IMG/VR virus record: IMGVR_UViG_3300037419_000962
Span: 1 to 42,147 of that record
Length of the DNA stretch: 42,147 nt
Source: a virus
Lineage: Duplodnaviria > Caudoviricetes
Reading direction: 5' to 3' (one strand)
Every line of letters starts with the position of its first letter. Position 1 is the stretch's first letter. The translations under genes were made by a program, and so were the position numbers. Under the pieces are notes generated by a model. That model worked only from the letters and a program-made list of their open reading frames with translations, searched no databases and had not been told where the DNA came from. Below, piece by piece: positions 8,138 to 16,954 of this stretch.

Positions 8138-8335
8138 CTAGTGGAGCGGCTGAAGTCGCAGCCCGCGCTTGCTGAGTTCTTCAGAGAACACGACACACGC
8201 AGCGAAACAGGCGTCGTGCCACTCCGAATTGCGCCGTGTGTTGGCCGCTTCGACGCAATCGTCGTTGGCGATTTTCGCGCGAGACAGCAACTCGTCGTCG
8301 CTGAGATCTGCCACCATGCCTTCTATGTCCATCAA
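8138..8335 (-). CDS. Hypothetical small acidic protein
   Basis: SD AGGAG; overlaps upstream stop. Confidence 0.6.
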   Translation of the reverse strand: MMDIEGMVADLSDDELLSRAKIANDDCVEAANTRRNSEWHDACFAACVVFSEELSKRGLRLQPLH

Positions 8336-8559
8336 TCTCTCCTAGTCCACGTAGTTGACCGAATCCGCTTTCCCTTCGGCTGATCTTCCATTGAGTAGCC
8401 CAGCAGGCAAAGGCGGGCAAGCACTTCTTCTTCAGGGCGGCGCGCTCGCTTTGACATGATGAAGAGAGAGCATCCCCACGAATAATCATCCAGCAGCCGG
8501 GCATCGTCTATGTCCAGCCACGGCTGGCCGTCTAGGGGTGGGCAGTAGTAGGCGTACAT
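8332..8559 (-). CDS. Hypothetical protein
   Basis: TGATG coupling to integrase stop. Confidence 0.55.
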   Translation of the reverse strand: MYAYYCPPLDGQPWLDIDDARLLDDYSWGCSLFIMSKRARRPEEEVLARLCLLGYSMEDQPKGKRIRSTTWTRRD

Positions 8560-9545
8560 CAGAGGCGGGCGGCGATTTGCTCGGCAGTTTCGCGGTAGTA
8601 GGTGTTCTGCAGGATGCGAAGATCCTTGTGCCCAGATATGCGGGCTAAGGTCATCACATCAACCTTTCTCGAGAGGCGGGTAAGCGCCTCGGCTCGAGCG
8701 TCATGGAAGTGCAAGCCCTTGACCAGCGCCTGATCTCGAGCCTTGCGGAACAGGGTGTCCAGGCTGGCGCTCGAGATGGTGAAGTAGCGCTTGCGGTCGC
8801 TGACCTTCTTGAGTAATTCCACCGCCTCTCGAGTCAGCGGGATTTCGCGGTCGGCCAAGGTCAGGTGCTTCATCTTGTGCGGCACCGTCGCAACCCGAGT
8901 CTTGAGGTTCACCCGGGAAGGCTCGAGGCTCAAGATTTCCCCGGCACGCATGGCTGACTCGAGCGAGATCAGGAACGCCAAGGCAACCTCATGCAGCTTG
9001 GTTTCGACGCGGCCCTCATAGTTCAGGGCGGCGCAGATTCTCAAGACTTCCTCGTCCGTTACCCGGCGGGTGCGCGGCGGGTTGTCCCCGGGCCGGCCGA
9101 CGCCCTTGAACGGAGTTTCCCCGCACCATAGCCACTCGTCCCGGGCTTTCGTGAATACGTTGCTCAGGAGGTTGATTTCCCGCTGCACGGACCCGCTCGA
9201 GACTTCCTTGAGCCGCGCGTCCCGCCAGCTCGCCATGTCGCTCGCGTCGATCTTGCTGATGACCTTCACGGCCAGGGCGGGGAAGTCCCGCTCCAGCGCC
9301 TCGAGCCGCAGCTTCTCGAATCGATAGCCCTTTTTCTTGGCGCTCACCTCATCGATGTAGCGTTCGATCGCGTCGGCCAGGGTCTTGCGCGGGTACTGCC
9401 CGCGCTTGGAATCAAGGATGGCCGCTTCTTCTCGAGCGGCCCACGCCGTGGCTGCGGCCTTGGCGTCGAAACTGCCCGATTTTCGGACTCCGTTTCGCTC
9501 GATCTGCACGCGCCATTTCGAGCCGTCTTTTCGGATGTAGGCCAT
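8559..9545 (-). CDS. int: Tyrosine recombinase (phage integrase)
   Basis: Catalytic R (AMRAGEI), HDAR, GH and Y; start MAYIRK at 9545. Confidence 0.95.
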   Translation of the reverse strand: MAYIRKDGSKWRVQIERNGVRKSGSFDAKAAATAWAAREEAAILDSKRGQYPRKTLADAIERYIDEVSAKKKGYRFEKLRLEALERDFPALAVKVISKIDASDMASWRDARLKEVSSGSVQREINLLSNVFTKARDEWLWCGETPFKGVGRPGDNPPRTRRVTDEEVLRICAALNYEGRVETKLHEVALAFLISLESAMRAGEILSLEPSRVNLKTRVATVPHKMKHLTLADREIPLTREAVELLKKVSDRKRYFTISSASLDTLFRKARDQALVKGLHFHDARAEALTRLSRKVDVMTLARISGHKDLRILQNTYYRETAEQIAARL

Positions 9546-9549
9546 GTGA

Positions 9550-9760
9550 TTTTTCGGGACGCCGTTCGGGATTGGCGCGGGCACAGCATACAGGGATAGA
9601 TGGGCTGAGGCGGGAAATAGGCGGGAACAGCCTCGAGCAATTCCTCTCTGAAATAACGGCTTCGCGCGGCGAAAACAGGGAAAGAACGGAGATTGTTCTG
9701 GTGCCGGAGGCCGGAATCCAGCGTCCATATAGATCAATGGGTTAGGCTGCATTTCGGGAT
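9550..9760. other. attP region; core 9699-9718
   Basis: Minus strand GATTCCGGCCTCCGGCACCA = T-loop/acceptor stem/CCA end of a tRNA (Leu-like); flanking TTCGGGA and AGGCGGGAA repeats and an IHF-like GATCAATGGGTTA at 9732-9744. Confidence 0.8.
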
Positions 9761-9954
9761 TGCTGCGGGCCGCTGAGCCAGTTTTCCACGTCCTGCCGGC
9801 TCCAGCGGCGCAGCTTTTGATTCACTGCGACTCGAGGTTTGGGGAAGTCCGGGCGCTTGGTGAGCTTGTCGGTGGTGTAGTCCCGGGTCAGGCCGAGCAG
9901 TTGGGCAATGTCGCCCGTGCTGAGTAGGTCGTTCATGGTCTGCGTTTCGTTCAC
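9742..9954 (-). CDS. Excisionase / AlpA-family regulator
   Basis: LLSTGDIAQLLG...PDFPKP..RRWSRQDVENW; adjacent to attP; start GTG 9954 or ATG 9936. Confidence 0.85.
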   Translation of the reverse strand: MNETQTMNDLLSTGDIAQLLGLTRDYTTDKLTKRPDFPKPRVAVNQKLRRWSRQDVENWLSGPQQSRNAA

Positions 9955-10628
9955 CCCGGCTCTCCCATCCCCGCCGCCGCTCGGCATTCGTTCAGCGCGA
10001 ACTTGCGCGGGCAGGGCTTGGGCGGGTCGTCTTCCGGGTGGCAAGTGCAGGTCCGAGCGTCTCCCATCCCTTGCGCTTTATTGGCTTGCATCGCGCGATA
10101 GCACGCATTCCAGCTGTCGCGGTAATCCGGCGAAACGTGCGAGGCTTGCCAGTGAAACGGAAGGAACTCATCGCCCTGTTTCCACCGCTGGCCAGGGTAA
10201 GGTGCCGGTAGCACTGCGAGCTTGTGCGAGATGAGCCGAAGGAACTCGGGCAGTCCGGTCATTCCTCGCTTGTCGCACCAGCCGGCCCAATGAAGCGCGG
10301 CGTCGGCCCAAGTCTCGCCTTCGAACATGCCGTCACCGACATAGCTCCGCGCATCCACCGCATCGGCTTGCTGTGCCTGTGGAGAGGATGGGCGACGATT
10401 CCACCTAGCAGCGACAATGAATTTCGCCGATTCGAATGTCTCCGCTACGCGAACATCATCCGAGTTGAAGTCGATGTTGTATTCGCAGTGCGGGCAAGTG
10501 ATCTGGTCGCAATCGTGCGGGCTGTCTTCGGGCGCTGGGTTCTCGCCGCACCAAACAACCGGACCTCCGCAAAAAGGGCAGGGGAGCAGTTCGGCAGCCT
10601 TGCTGGCGGTAGTGGATTCAGGGGTCAT
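9951..10628 (-). CDS. Protein with Lar-like (restriction alleviation) zinc-ribbon N-terminus
   Basis: ELLPCPFCGG...CPHC...ARWNRR motif. Confidence 0.7.
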   Translation of the reverse strand: MTPESTTASKAAELLPCPFCGGPVVWCGENPAPEDSPHDCDQITCPHCEYNIDFNSDDVRVAETFESAKFIVAARWNRRPSSPQAQQADAVDARSYVGDGMFEGETWADAALHWAGWCDKRGMTGLPEFLRLISHKLAVLPAPYPGQRWKQGDEFLPFHWQASHVSPDYRDSWNACYRAMQANKAQGMGDARTCTCHPEDDPPKPCPRKFALNECRAAAGMGEPG

Positions 10629-10643
10629 GGGGTCAAATCCTTT

Positions 10644-11183
10644 TTATTTGGGATCGGCGGTTCCGAGTGAGGACCTACCGGCGCGGGAGGCCGAGGGTTC
10701 CTTCAGCGCCACGTACTGTCCAGCAAGGCCGCAGGTTCGCAGCGTGCCGGCGTTTTTCTGACCGTAGGCGATCAGGCATATCGGCGCACCAGAGTTCGCC
10801 GCAGCGCGCTCGCCGGTCACATAGTGGAAATGGGGGCGGCCCTTCAGGAACAGGATCGCGTCAGCCTTGCCCCACACGCAATCGAAGAACATCGCCGTTT
10901 CCGTGCGTGCGGCCAGCAAGGCAATGCCGTTGCCGTGCTCGGCCATCTTTGCCATCCACTTGTCAGCCTCTCGGCCAAATGGCGGGTTGCACCACACGCG
11001 GCCGAACCACTGGCGCAAAAGGCCATCTTGGTCCTTGTTGTAATGGTGCGCTGCAGTCGGCCATGGGCTCGCGATAGGCGCGCACGGGTCAAGGTCAAAC
11101 TTGCCCAGAGCGTTCAGGATCTCGGGCGGCGTCAGCCACTCGTCGTTTTTCATGCGTGCCGACTGGTGGGATGAAAGCGTCAT
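10644..11183 (-). CDS. Phage DNA N6-adenine methyltransferase (Dam-like phage family)
   Basis: DEWLTP, FDLDPCA, DGL, WCNPPF, ARTET motifs. Confidence 0.88.
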   Translation of the reverse strand: MTLSSHQSARMKNDEWLTPPEILNALGKFDLDPCAPIASPWPTAAHHYNKDQDGLLRQWFGRVWCNPPFGREADKWMAKMAEHGNGIALLAARTETAMFFDCVWGKADAILFLKGRPHFHYVTGERAAANSGAPICLIAYGQKNAGTLRTCGLAGQYVALKEPSASRAGRSSLGTADPK

Positions 11184-12628
11184 GCGGCCCGCGCGCAGTT
11201 CTCGGTTTGCGCACTACAGAAAGCGCAGTCACAGCGCTCGTTTTCTGGGTAGAAGGCGCAGTGACACGCCTTCCTGTAATTGTGGTCGGTGTCGGGATGC
11301 GCGAGCATCGCGGTGAGTTCGACGCAACACGCACAAGTGCAAGAATCATTTTTTGTCGGCGCCGACTGATTCGGCTTTACCGGGAAACGTTGTTGCAATT
11401 CAGTGACCGAATACACCACTGGGATGGCGCGCTCCTTGGCAAATGCTACCTCGCCATCCGCGCCAGACGATTCGCCTTCCAAGCGCAACACCACATCGCA
11501 GGCGGGCACCCACTCAAGATCGAGCGCAATCCAATCGGTGTAGGGGCGCGGGTGCGCCATGTGCTGAAAGTGCGAGTACAGCGGCGCAAATGGCGCGTAG
11601 CCGAGCGTCATCAACTCGTCGGCCATGTTCAGTTGCCGCTTCACATTCACAGCAACATCGCCCTTGGTGTAGGGGCTGGCGATATAGACTTTGACGCGGC
11701 TTTCTGGTCGAGCCGTCTGTAGGTCGTCACCAACGGAGTCCGAAACCAAATTTGCCTTATCTGCCCCCGAATCCGCATTTCCCTCCCCTGTGGGTACTGC
11801 GGGTGATCCAGCAGGTAGTCCGCGGGCGCACCAATCCGGCTCCGGGCCAGGGTCCATCGGGCACTTGCAATCGGGGAAGCGGCATAACTCGTCGGCGGGT
11901 ACGGGAAGGGGAGCAGGAGAGGATGCGCGGGCGGCGAGCTGGCGAGCGGCATCCATTGCTGCGCCCATCTTTCCGGCGTCGTCGGCCTTGTCGGACCACT
12001 CCAGCGAAAGCCGCCCAAGCCGCAGCGCGTCCAAAACCTGATCCAGCAGTGCATCGCTCGGCACTCCCGCAGGCGCTGCTGCGGTGGGGCGGCCAGGAAA
12101 CTCGCCCGTCATGTTTCCCTGCGGCGGTCGGCCTGGCTGCTGGCGATGGCGTAGCGCGTCCACGATGACTTCGTGGACCTGTACTTCGGGCACCTGGGGA
12201 GCGGCAGCGAGATGGGTTTCTGCCAGCAGGTAATACCGACTGCTGCACTTTGGGCACGCCGAGGTCATCGTTCCGTCGCATCCACAACCGGGGCAATGAT
12301 CTTCCTCTGGTGAAGGACCGCTCCAATCGCAGGTGTTGCACGCCGCGTCCGTAGGGTGCGAGTCATTGATCCCGACATGGGAACAGTTGTGGCACTCATG
12401 CGCCGCAACGTAGAGCTTTTCTGCGGGCACCTGGGGCGCTGCAAGGGCTTCTGTCAGCGCAGCGATGGTGGCGCGAGCCTGATCCCAAGCCGCCGCGAAC
12501 TGCTTGCGGTGCTGGTCATAGTCGGTGCCGTGCCCGCTTTCGTGGAGCCGCCGAAGCCGAAGTTCCGTGTCCTTGCAGGCCACCAATTTGCCCAGCGCCT
12601 CTGCCGCCTGCCGTACTTGTTCTCTCAT
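11180..12628 (-). CDS. Mosaic multi-module protein with Cys-rich segments and a C-terminal DUF4406/nucleoside deoxyribosyltransferase-like domain
   Basis: KVYIASPY...CDVVLRLEGESSGADGEVAFAKERAIPV; several CxxC pairs. Confidence 0.7.
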   Translation of the reverse strand: MREQVRQAAEALGKLVACKDTELRLRRLHESGHGTDYDQHRKQFAAAWDQARATIAALTEALAAPQVPAEKLYVAAHECHNCSHVGINDSHPTDAACNTCDWSGPSPEEDHCPGCGCDGTMTSACPKCSSRYYLLAETHLAAAPQVPEVQVHEVIVDALRHRQQPGRPPQGNMTGEFPGRPTAAAPAGVPSDALLDQVLDALRLGRLSLEWSDKADDAGKMGAAMDAARQLAARASSPAPLPVPADELCRFPDCKCPMDPGPEPDWCARGLPAGSPAVPTGEGNADSGADKANLVSDSVGDDLQTARPESRVKVYIASPYTKGDVAVNVKRQLNMADELMTLGYAPFAPLYSHFQHMAHPRPYTDWIALDLEWVPACDVVLRLEGESSGADGEVAFAKERAIPVVYSVTELQQRFPVKPNQSAPTKNDSCTCACCVELTAMLAHPDTDHNYRKACHCAFYPENERCDCAFCSAQTENCARAA

Positions 12629-12876
12629 GGCTGCTTTCCTTGTTCCATAGAGGCGGTTGAAAGGTCATCCAGGGCGCGCGCGAAAGTCAGCGGATTGAAC
12701 TTGACGCCATGCTCTGTCCGATCCCAGAAGCGTTCTTGATCGGCCAATTGCGTAATTTGCTCATCCGCCAGCCTGCGGCGTGAAGCGTGGCTCGTCTTGG
12801 ATGCATGTCGGGCGGTAAGCTTGTCTGGGCTCACTGCGCGCACGCCATTGCTTACTTTCCGTGATTGCTCGCTCAT
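12625..12876 (-). CDS. Hypothetical protein
   Basis: ATGA overlaps on both sides. Confidence 0.55.
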   Translation of the reverse strand: MSEQSRKVSNGVRAVSPDKLTARHASKTSHASRRRLADEQITQLADQERFWDRTEHGVKFNPLTFARALDDLSTASMEQGKQP

Positions 12877-13106
12877 GTCCGCTCTCCCGTGGTCTCTCCT
12901 GCGGCGTGGCACTTTTCCTTGCACCACGGATGCCACTGGCGATCGGCCTCGGTCTGGCAGGGCTGCCCGAAGTGCGCCACGGACTGGGCCGGGGACATCT
13001 GGCCCGAGAGGTGGCACTCCCTCAGCAGTCGCGCTTCAAACGCTTCCCGCTCCTGGTCTTCGCTCAGGGGTGTCGCTGCCATATCGTGTTTCCTTGGTTC
13101 GGTCAT
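12873..13106 (-). CDS. Hypothetical protein
   Basis: Packed ORF; EREAFEA motif common in phage early proteins. Confidence 0.55.
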   Translation of the reverse strand: MTEPRKHDMAATPLSEDQEREAFEARLLRECHLSGQMSPAQSVAHFGQPCQTEADRQWHPWCKEKCHAAGETTGERT

Positions 13107-13110
13107 GGGG

Positions 13111-14025
13111 TCAGGCCGCTTGCTTGAGGGCGGCGATCACGTCGCGCGCCACCGCGGGCACCACCGCATTGCCCAGCATGTGTGTCGCCAGCTTGTGGTC
13201 GGACGGCAGGATGTAGCTGTCTCGAAAGCCCATCGCGGCGCGGCTTTCTTCCTTGGTCAGCATTCGCATGTTGTCGCCGTCCACCACGGCCCAGCGGTCG
13301 CGCGTGGTGATCGTGCCCAGCGGGCGGCTCAGGCAGCGCCCGGTGAGCCCGGAGCCGCTGCCGTAGTACGGCATGACGAAGCGCGCGCCGAAGCGGTTGC
13401 GAGCGGTTTGAACGCGCGCCAATGTGGCGAGGGAGCGGCCGGGCTTGTTCACTGGCGTCCAGCGGCCGGCGCGGAAGTCGATAACTCCGGCGGCCGCGGC
13501 GAACTGGCGCTTGGGCAGCGTCAGCTCCAGCGGGTGCTTGCTGCGCGTCAGGATCAGGAACAGGCGCTTGCGGTGCTGCGCTACCCCATGGTCGGCGGCG
13601 TCCAGCAGATGCGGCGCCACGGCATAGCCCAGCGCGCCCATTGCCGCGCACCAGGCCGGAAACAGAGCCCAGCGAGTGAACTCGGCGACGTTCTCGACCA
13701 CCGCCGCGGCTGGCCGGTGATATTCAGCCGCGGACACCACCGCCCACGCCGTGCTGCGCTGGGCGTCATGGTGCGGCTTTTCCTTGCCGCGCGCTCGGGA
13801 GTGACCCTGACAGGCGGGCGAGGCCAGCAGCAGATCGTGCGCCGGCACGTCGCGCCAGTCGGTCTGGTGCAAGTCCTGGCAGGCGTGAGCCGTGCCTGGA
13901 TGATTGGCAGCGTGAATGTCCACCGCGGCGCGCCAGTGGTTCGCAGCCCATACGACACGGCAGCCGGCCTGAGCAGCGCCTTCACTGAATCCGCCCAGCC
14001 CCGCGAATAAATCGACGGCCTTCAT
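13111..14025 (-). CDS. DNA cytosine-5 methyltransferase
   Basis: DLFAGLGG, SPACQ, ENV, QxRxR, GNAV motifs. Confidence 0.93.
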   Translation of the reverse strand: MKAVDLFAGLGGFSEGAAQAGCRVVWAANHWRAAVDIHAANHPGTAHACQDLHQTDWRDVPAHDLLLASPACQGHSRARGKEKPHHDAQRSTAWAVVSAAEYHRPAAAVVENVAEFTRWALFPAWCAAMGALGYAVAPHLLDAADHGVAQHRKRLFLILTRSKHPLELTLPKRQFAAAAGVIDFRAGRWTPVNKPGRSLATLARVQTARNRFGARFVMPYYGSGSGLTGRCLSRPLGTITTRDRWAVVDGDNMRMLTKEESRAAMGFRDSYILPSDHKLATHMLGNAVVPAVARDVIAALKQAA

Positions 14026-14061
14026 GTCATGCGCCTGCGTGCAGAGATGCGCCAGCCACCG

Positions 14062-14400
14062 TTATTCCTTGCCGCCCAGGAGCTGCATTTCCGTGGCGAT
14101 GATGTCGGTGGTGTTCTGCTCTACGCCGTCCTTGTTCTTGAACTTGCCGTACTGAAGCCGCCCCTCCACATAGATCGGCTTGCCCTTCTTGACGTACTCG
14201 CCGGCAATTTCGGCCAGACGGTCATAGAAGGTGATTCGGTGCCATTGGGTGTCCTCAATGGTTTCGCCGCTGTCCTTGTCCTTGCGCTTGGAGCTGGTGG
14301 CGATGCTCACGTTGCACACGGCCTTGCCAGACGGCAAGTAGCGCATTTCGGGATCGCGCCCGCAGTTGCCGATCAGAATTACTTTGTTGACGCTGCTCAT
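14062..14400 (-). CDS. ssb: Single-stranded DNA-binding protein (OB fold only)
   Basis: SVNKVILIGNCGRDPE...WHRITFY..LAEIAGEYVKKG..YVEGRL. Confidence 0.95.
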   Translation of the reverse strand: MSSVNKVILIGNCGRDPEMRYLPSGKAVCNVSIATSSKRKDKDSGETIEDTQWHRITFYDRLAEIAGEYVKKGKPIYVEGRLQYGKFKNKDGVEQNTTDIIATEMQLLGGKE

Positions 14401-15182
14401 GTGGTTTCCTCTTCTTGTGTGGCGGCGCGCTTGGCCGCTTGCTCTTGCCGGAACTTGATGTAGGCGCGAAAGGTGGAGTGCGCTTTGAGCTGCTGTTGCA
14501 GGTACAGCATTTCCTCGTTGTCCTTGAGGTATTCGGCGATCACATCGAAGGCTTCATCCTTTCCCCCGCGCTTGAACTTTTCCGCGGCAACGGATGCGGC
14601 GAGTGAGATGATGGTTTGCCGCTCCTCGGCAACGTCAATGGGGCCATCGGTGGCTGTTGAGCGGAAAGATGCCGGGATGGGCGAGGTGGTCTTTTGCTCG
14701 GGTTCCGGCGCGTCTTCTGCGTAGTGCTCGCGCGCCCATGCGACATACTTGCTGTCGTCCCAGCGACCGCTGAAGATGTCGCCGGCAAAGCCGATGTAGC
14801 TGGCGCACTTCACCAGCGCATCGGTCACTGATTTTTTTGGCGCATCCTCGTCCACTACCAGCTTGTCCTTGGATGACATGTAGGTAGCCTTGGTCTGGCC
14901 GATCTGCTCGACTTCCCCGCGCTTGCCGTCCAGCTCGTACCAGAACCGCACCACAGCGACGTGCAGGACATCGGTGGGGGACAGGCGCTCCATGCGCTCA
15001 TTGAGCACCGTGTAGCCCCATCCAAGGCCGCAGGGGCCGAATTCCTCGGTCAGACGCTGGACGATCCAGTAGGGCTTCGGGGAGTTGCCGCTGTACTGCT
15101 TGCCGGTGATCGGCTTGACGGCTTTTGGGTCGGTCACGCAGACACGCTCCCACAGCCGCATGTGTTGCTGCTTTTCGCTCAT
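14397..15182 (-). CDS. Putative single-strand annealing recombinase (Rad52/Sak-like)
   Basis: RLTEEFGPCGLGWGY and DAPKKSVTDALVKCASYIGFAGDIF motifs; adjacent to ssb. Confidence 0.65.
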   Translation of the reverse strand: MSEKQQHMRLWERVCVTDPKAVKPITGKQYSGNSPKPYWIVQRLTEEFGPCGLGWGYTVLNERMERLSPTDVLHVAVVRFWYELDGKRGEVEQIGQTKATYMSSKDKLVVDEDAPKKSVTDALVKCASYIGFAGDIFSGRWDDSKYVAWAREHYAEDAPEPEQKTTSPIPASFRSTATDGPIDVAEERQTIISLAASVAAEKFKRGGKDEAFDVIAEYLKDNEEMLYLQQQLKAHSTFRAYIKFRQEQAAKRAATQEEETT

Positions 15183-15361
15183 CTCTTCTCCTTCTGGGGC
15201 CAGGCCCGCAACATTGGGAATTTCGCTTCCAGCTCGGCGCGTAATTCGTCGTCCTTCTGCGCGCTGATTTCCTGCAAGGCTGCGTTGGCCTCTTCGATGC
15301 GCTCGGCTTCGGAGTCGATCGCTTGCCACTGGCCCACGGTCTGATACCACTGCGCGCTCAT
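15179..15361 (-). CDS. Hypothetical protein
   Basis: ATGA overlaps on both sides. Confidence 0.55.
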   Translation of the reverse strand: MSAQWYQTVGQWQAIDSEAERIEEANAALQEISAQKDDELRAELEAKFPMLRAWPQKEKR

Positions 15362-15447
15362 GTCAGCAGCCACTTCATCAGCGGCCCGGCGAAAGCGAAG
15401 ACGAAAACGGCGGTACACGGGAACGCCAGCTTTGCGCGCAAGCTCAT
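15358..15447 (-). CDS. 29-aa hydrophobic peptide MSLRAKLAFPCTAVFVFAFAGPLMKWLLT
   Basis: ATGA overlaps on both sides. Confidence 0.5.
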   Translation of the reverse strand: MSLRAKLAFPCTAVFVFAFAGPLMKWLLT

Positions 15448-15653
15448 TGCGTCACCGTCGAATACAGCGCCAGCGCCACCGCAGCCAGGCACACGAGGCA
15501 AAGCACAACTACGCCGATGCACATGCCCAGTTCTGCCCAGTGCATTACTTCCGCTGGAGTGGCGATCGGAGCGTCCTGCTCGCGAATCTCGTTTCCTAGC
15601 TCGTCGTAGGTGTCTGCGTGGTGCAGTCCTTCGGAGGTGATGAGAGGAGTCAT
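15444..15653 (-). CDS. Small membrane protein (C-terminal TM)
   Basis: SD GGAGG; hydrophobic C-terminus. Confidence 0.6.
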   Translation of the reverse strand: MTPLITSEGLHHADTYDELGNEIREQDAPIATPAEVMHWAELGMCIGVVVLCLVCLAAVALALYSTVTQ

Positions 15654-15859
15654 TCGATTGCCTCCGCGACGAGTAGGATGAATGTGCGTTCCTTGACCTC
15701 GTGGTCGCCTTCCAGCCAGTCCCACATAGCGCCGTCATCGAATCCGAGAAACGCCATTGCGACCATCGCTTCGACGTGCCTCAGCCCGTAGACAGTGTTA
15801 TCCGCCGCTCTTTGACCGTGCAACGCAGCCTCGCGGATTCGTTCGCTGATAGCGCTCAT
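15650..15859 (-). CDS. Hypothetical protein
   Basis: Coupled ORF. Confidence 0.6.
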   Translation of the reverse strand: MSAISERIREAALHGQRAADNTVYGLRHVEAMVAMAFLGFDDGAMWDWLEGDHEVKERTFILLVAEAIE

Positions 15860-16020
15860 TTCGCGACCTTTCGGATAGGCTTCACGTTTGCCGGTTGCGC
15901 GGCCTCGGTTTCCTTCTGCTGGCGGCGAATGCGAGCGAAGGTGCGGGCAACGTCCGTGTCGCTGGCCTTGACGTACTTGAAGGTGCGCTCCAGCAGGCGC
16001 CTGCGTGTGGTTTCGCTCAC
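15856..16020 (-). CDS. Hypothetical basic protein (54 aa, MSETTRRRLLERTFKYVKASDTDVARTFARIRR...)
   Basis: Not in ORF track; GTGA/ATGA overlaps on both sides, SD GGGAGG. Confidence 0.6.
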   Translation of the reverse strand: MSETTRRRLLERTFKYVKASDTDVARTFARIRRQQKETEAAQPANVKPIRKVAK

Positions 16021-16223
16021 AGCCCAGCCCTCCCCTCAGTGCCGGGGATGTCGCCCCACAGCGAGCAGACTTCGAGCTTTTCGCCGTGTTGAGCCAGTTC
16101 GATGTGCTGCATCACGACAGAGCAGGAGTCACGGCCCATCGCCTCGAAGCGGTTGACGATCTCGCCACGGCGCTTCAAGGTCACGAGGTAGGCGCGCATC
16201 GGGGCCTGTGTGGGCGTGGTCAT
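16017..16223 (-). CDS. Hypothetical protein
   Basis: Coupled ORF. Confidence 0.6.
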   Translation of the reverse strand: MTTPTQAPMRAYLVTLKRRGEIVNRFEAMGRDSCSVVMQHIELAQHGEKLEVCSLWGDIPGTEGRAGL

Positions 16224-16588
16224 AGCTGCGCCTCGATTGCGTCGGCGATCTCACGGAAACTGCGCGGCGGCACGCCTACGCCATCGTTGTGAACAGCAAC
16301 CGAAGCCTTGGCCCCTTCAATCGAGACGCGCTTCTCGTCCTCGTGGAAGTCAGCCCACTCGCGCACGGCTGCGGGCGGATAGAACGCGGACCCCATGTAG
16401 AGGCGAACGTCCGAGTTGACCGGCGACGGGTTCTGAATCCATGTCTCGCCGTTCTCCTTCGCGTGCAAGTCCGACAGCACGCCCAGGCAGCACCAGCCGG
16501 TGGCGTTATTCATGCAACGCCCGGTGCCTTGTTGATATTCGCCCGACCGCAACGCGGCCACCCACAGTTTCTTGATCTCCGGTTTCAT
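16220..16588 (-). CDS. Conserved-looking phage protein (WVAALRSGEYQQG...CCLGV...NDG...FREIAD)
   Basis: Motif pattern I recognise as recurrent in phages; function unknown. Confidence 0.7.
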   Translation of the reverse strand: MKPEIKKLWVAALRSGEYQQGTGRCMNNATGWCCLGVLSDLHAKENGETWIQNPSPVNSDVRLYMGSAFYPPAAVREWADFHEDEKRVSIEGAKASVAVHNDGVGVPPRSFREIADAIEAQL

Positions 16589-16591
16589 GGC

Positions 16592-16954
16592 TTATTGATC
16601 CTTCTGCGCTTGTGTTGGTGGAGCTGATGGGGGGAGGGCGGCAGACTTCGGCACAAACTTGGCGCACGCTGGCGAACTAGCGCGGATGTCGGAGCCCGGC
16701 CCATGCGTCCACGTTGCCCGGCGCAGGTCGCACTTGATCCACGACTTAGCGCCCGTGTTAGACATGGTGTGCTTGTGCGTGCAGTCGCGGCAGGTCTTGC
16801 CTTCTGGGCCCGTGCCGGGAGGTGCGGCGTAGCCGTTGGGCGGCGTCGGCTTGCGCTTCTTGCTGTCAGGCCCAAGAAGCGCGCGGTGTGCTGGCGCTTT
16901 CGCGCGCAGCGCGCTCATGTCGATAGGTTCGCCGCTGATGTTGAGGAAGTTCAT
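16592..16954 (-). CDS. Cys-containing hypothetical protein
   Basis: GYAAPPGTGPEGKTCRDC...KCDL...AC. Confidence 0.65.
   Translation of the reverse strand: MNFLNISGEPIDMSALRAKAPAHRALLGPDSKKRKPTPPNGYAAPPGTGPEGKTCRDCTHKHTMSNTGAKSWIKCDLRRATWTHGPGSDIRASSPACAKFVPKSAALPPSAPPTQAQKDQ

Noticed and set aside
9699-9718. Possible tRNA gene
   Set aside because: Only the last 20 nt match a tRNA and there is no D or anticodon arm; interpreted as att core
9546-9752. 69-aa N-terminal extension of the integrase in the ORF track (8559..9752)
   Set aside because: It runs through attP and is low-complexity; the family-typical N-terminus MAYIRK begins at 9545
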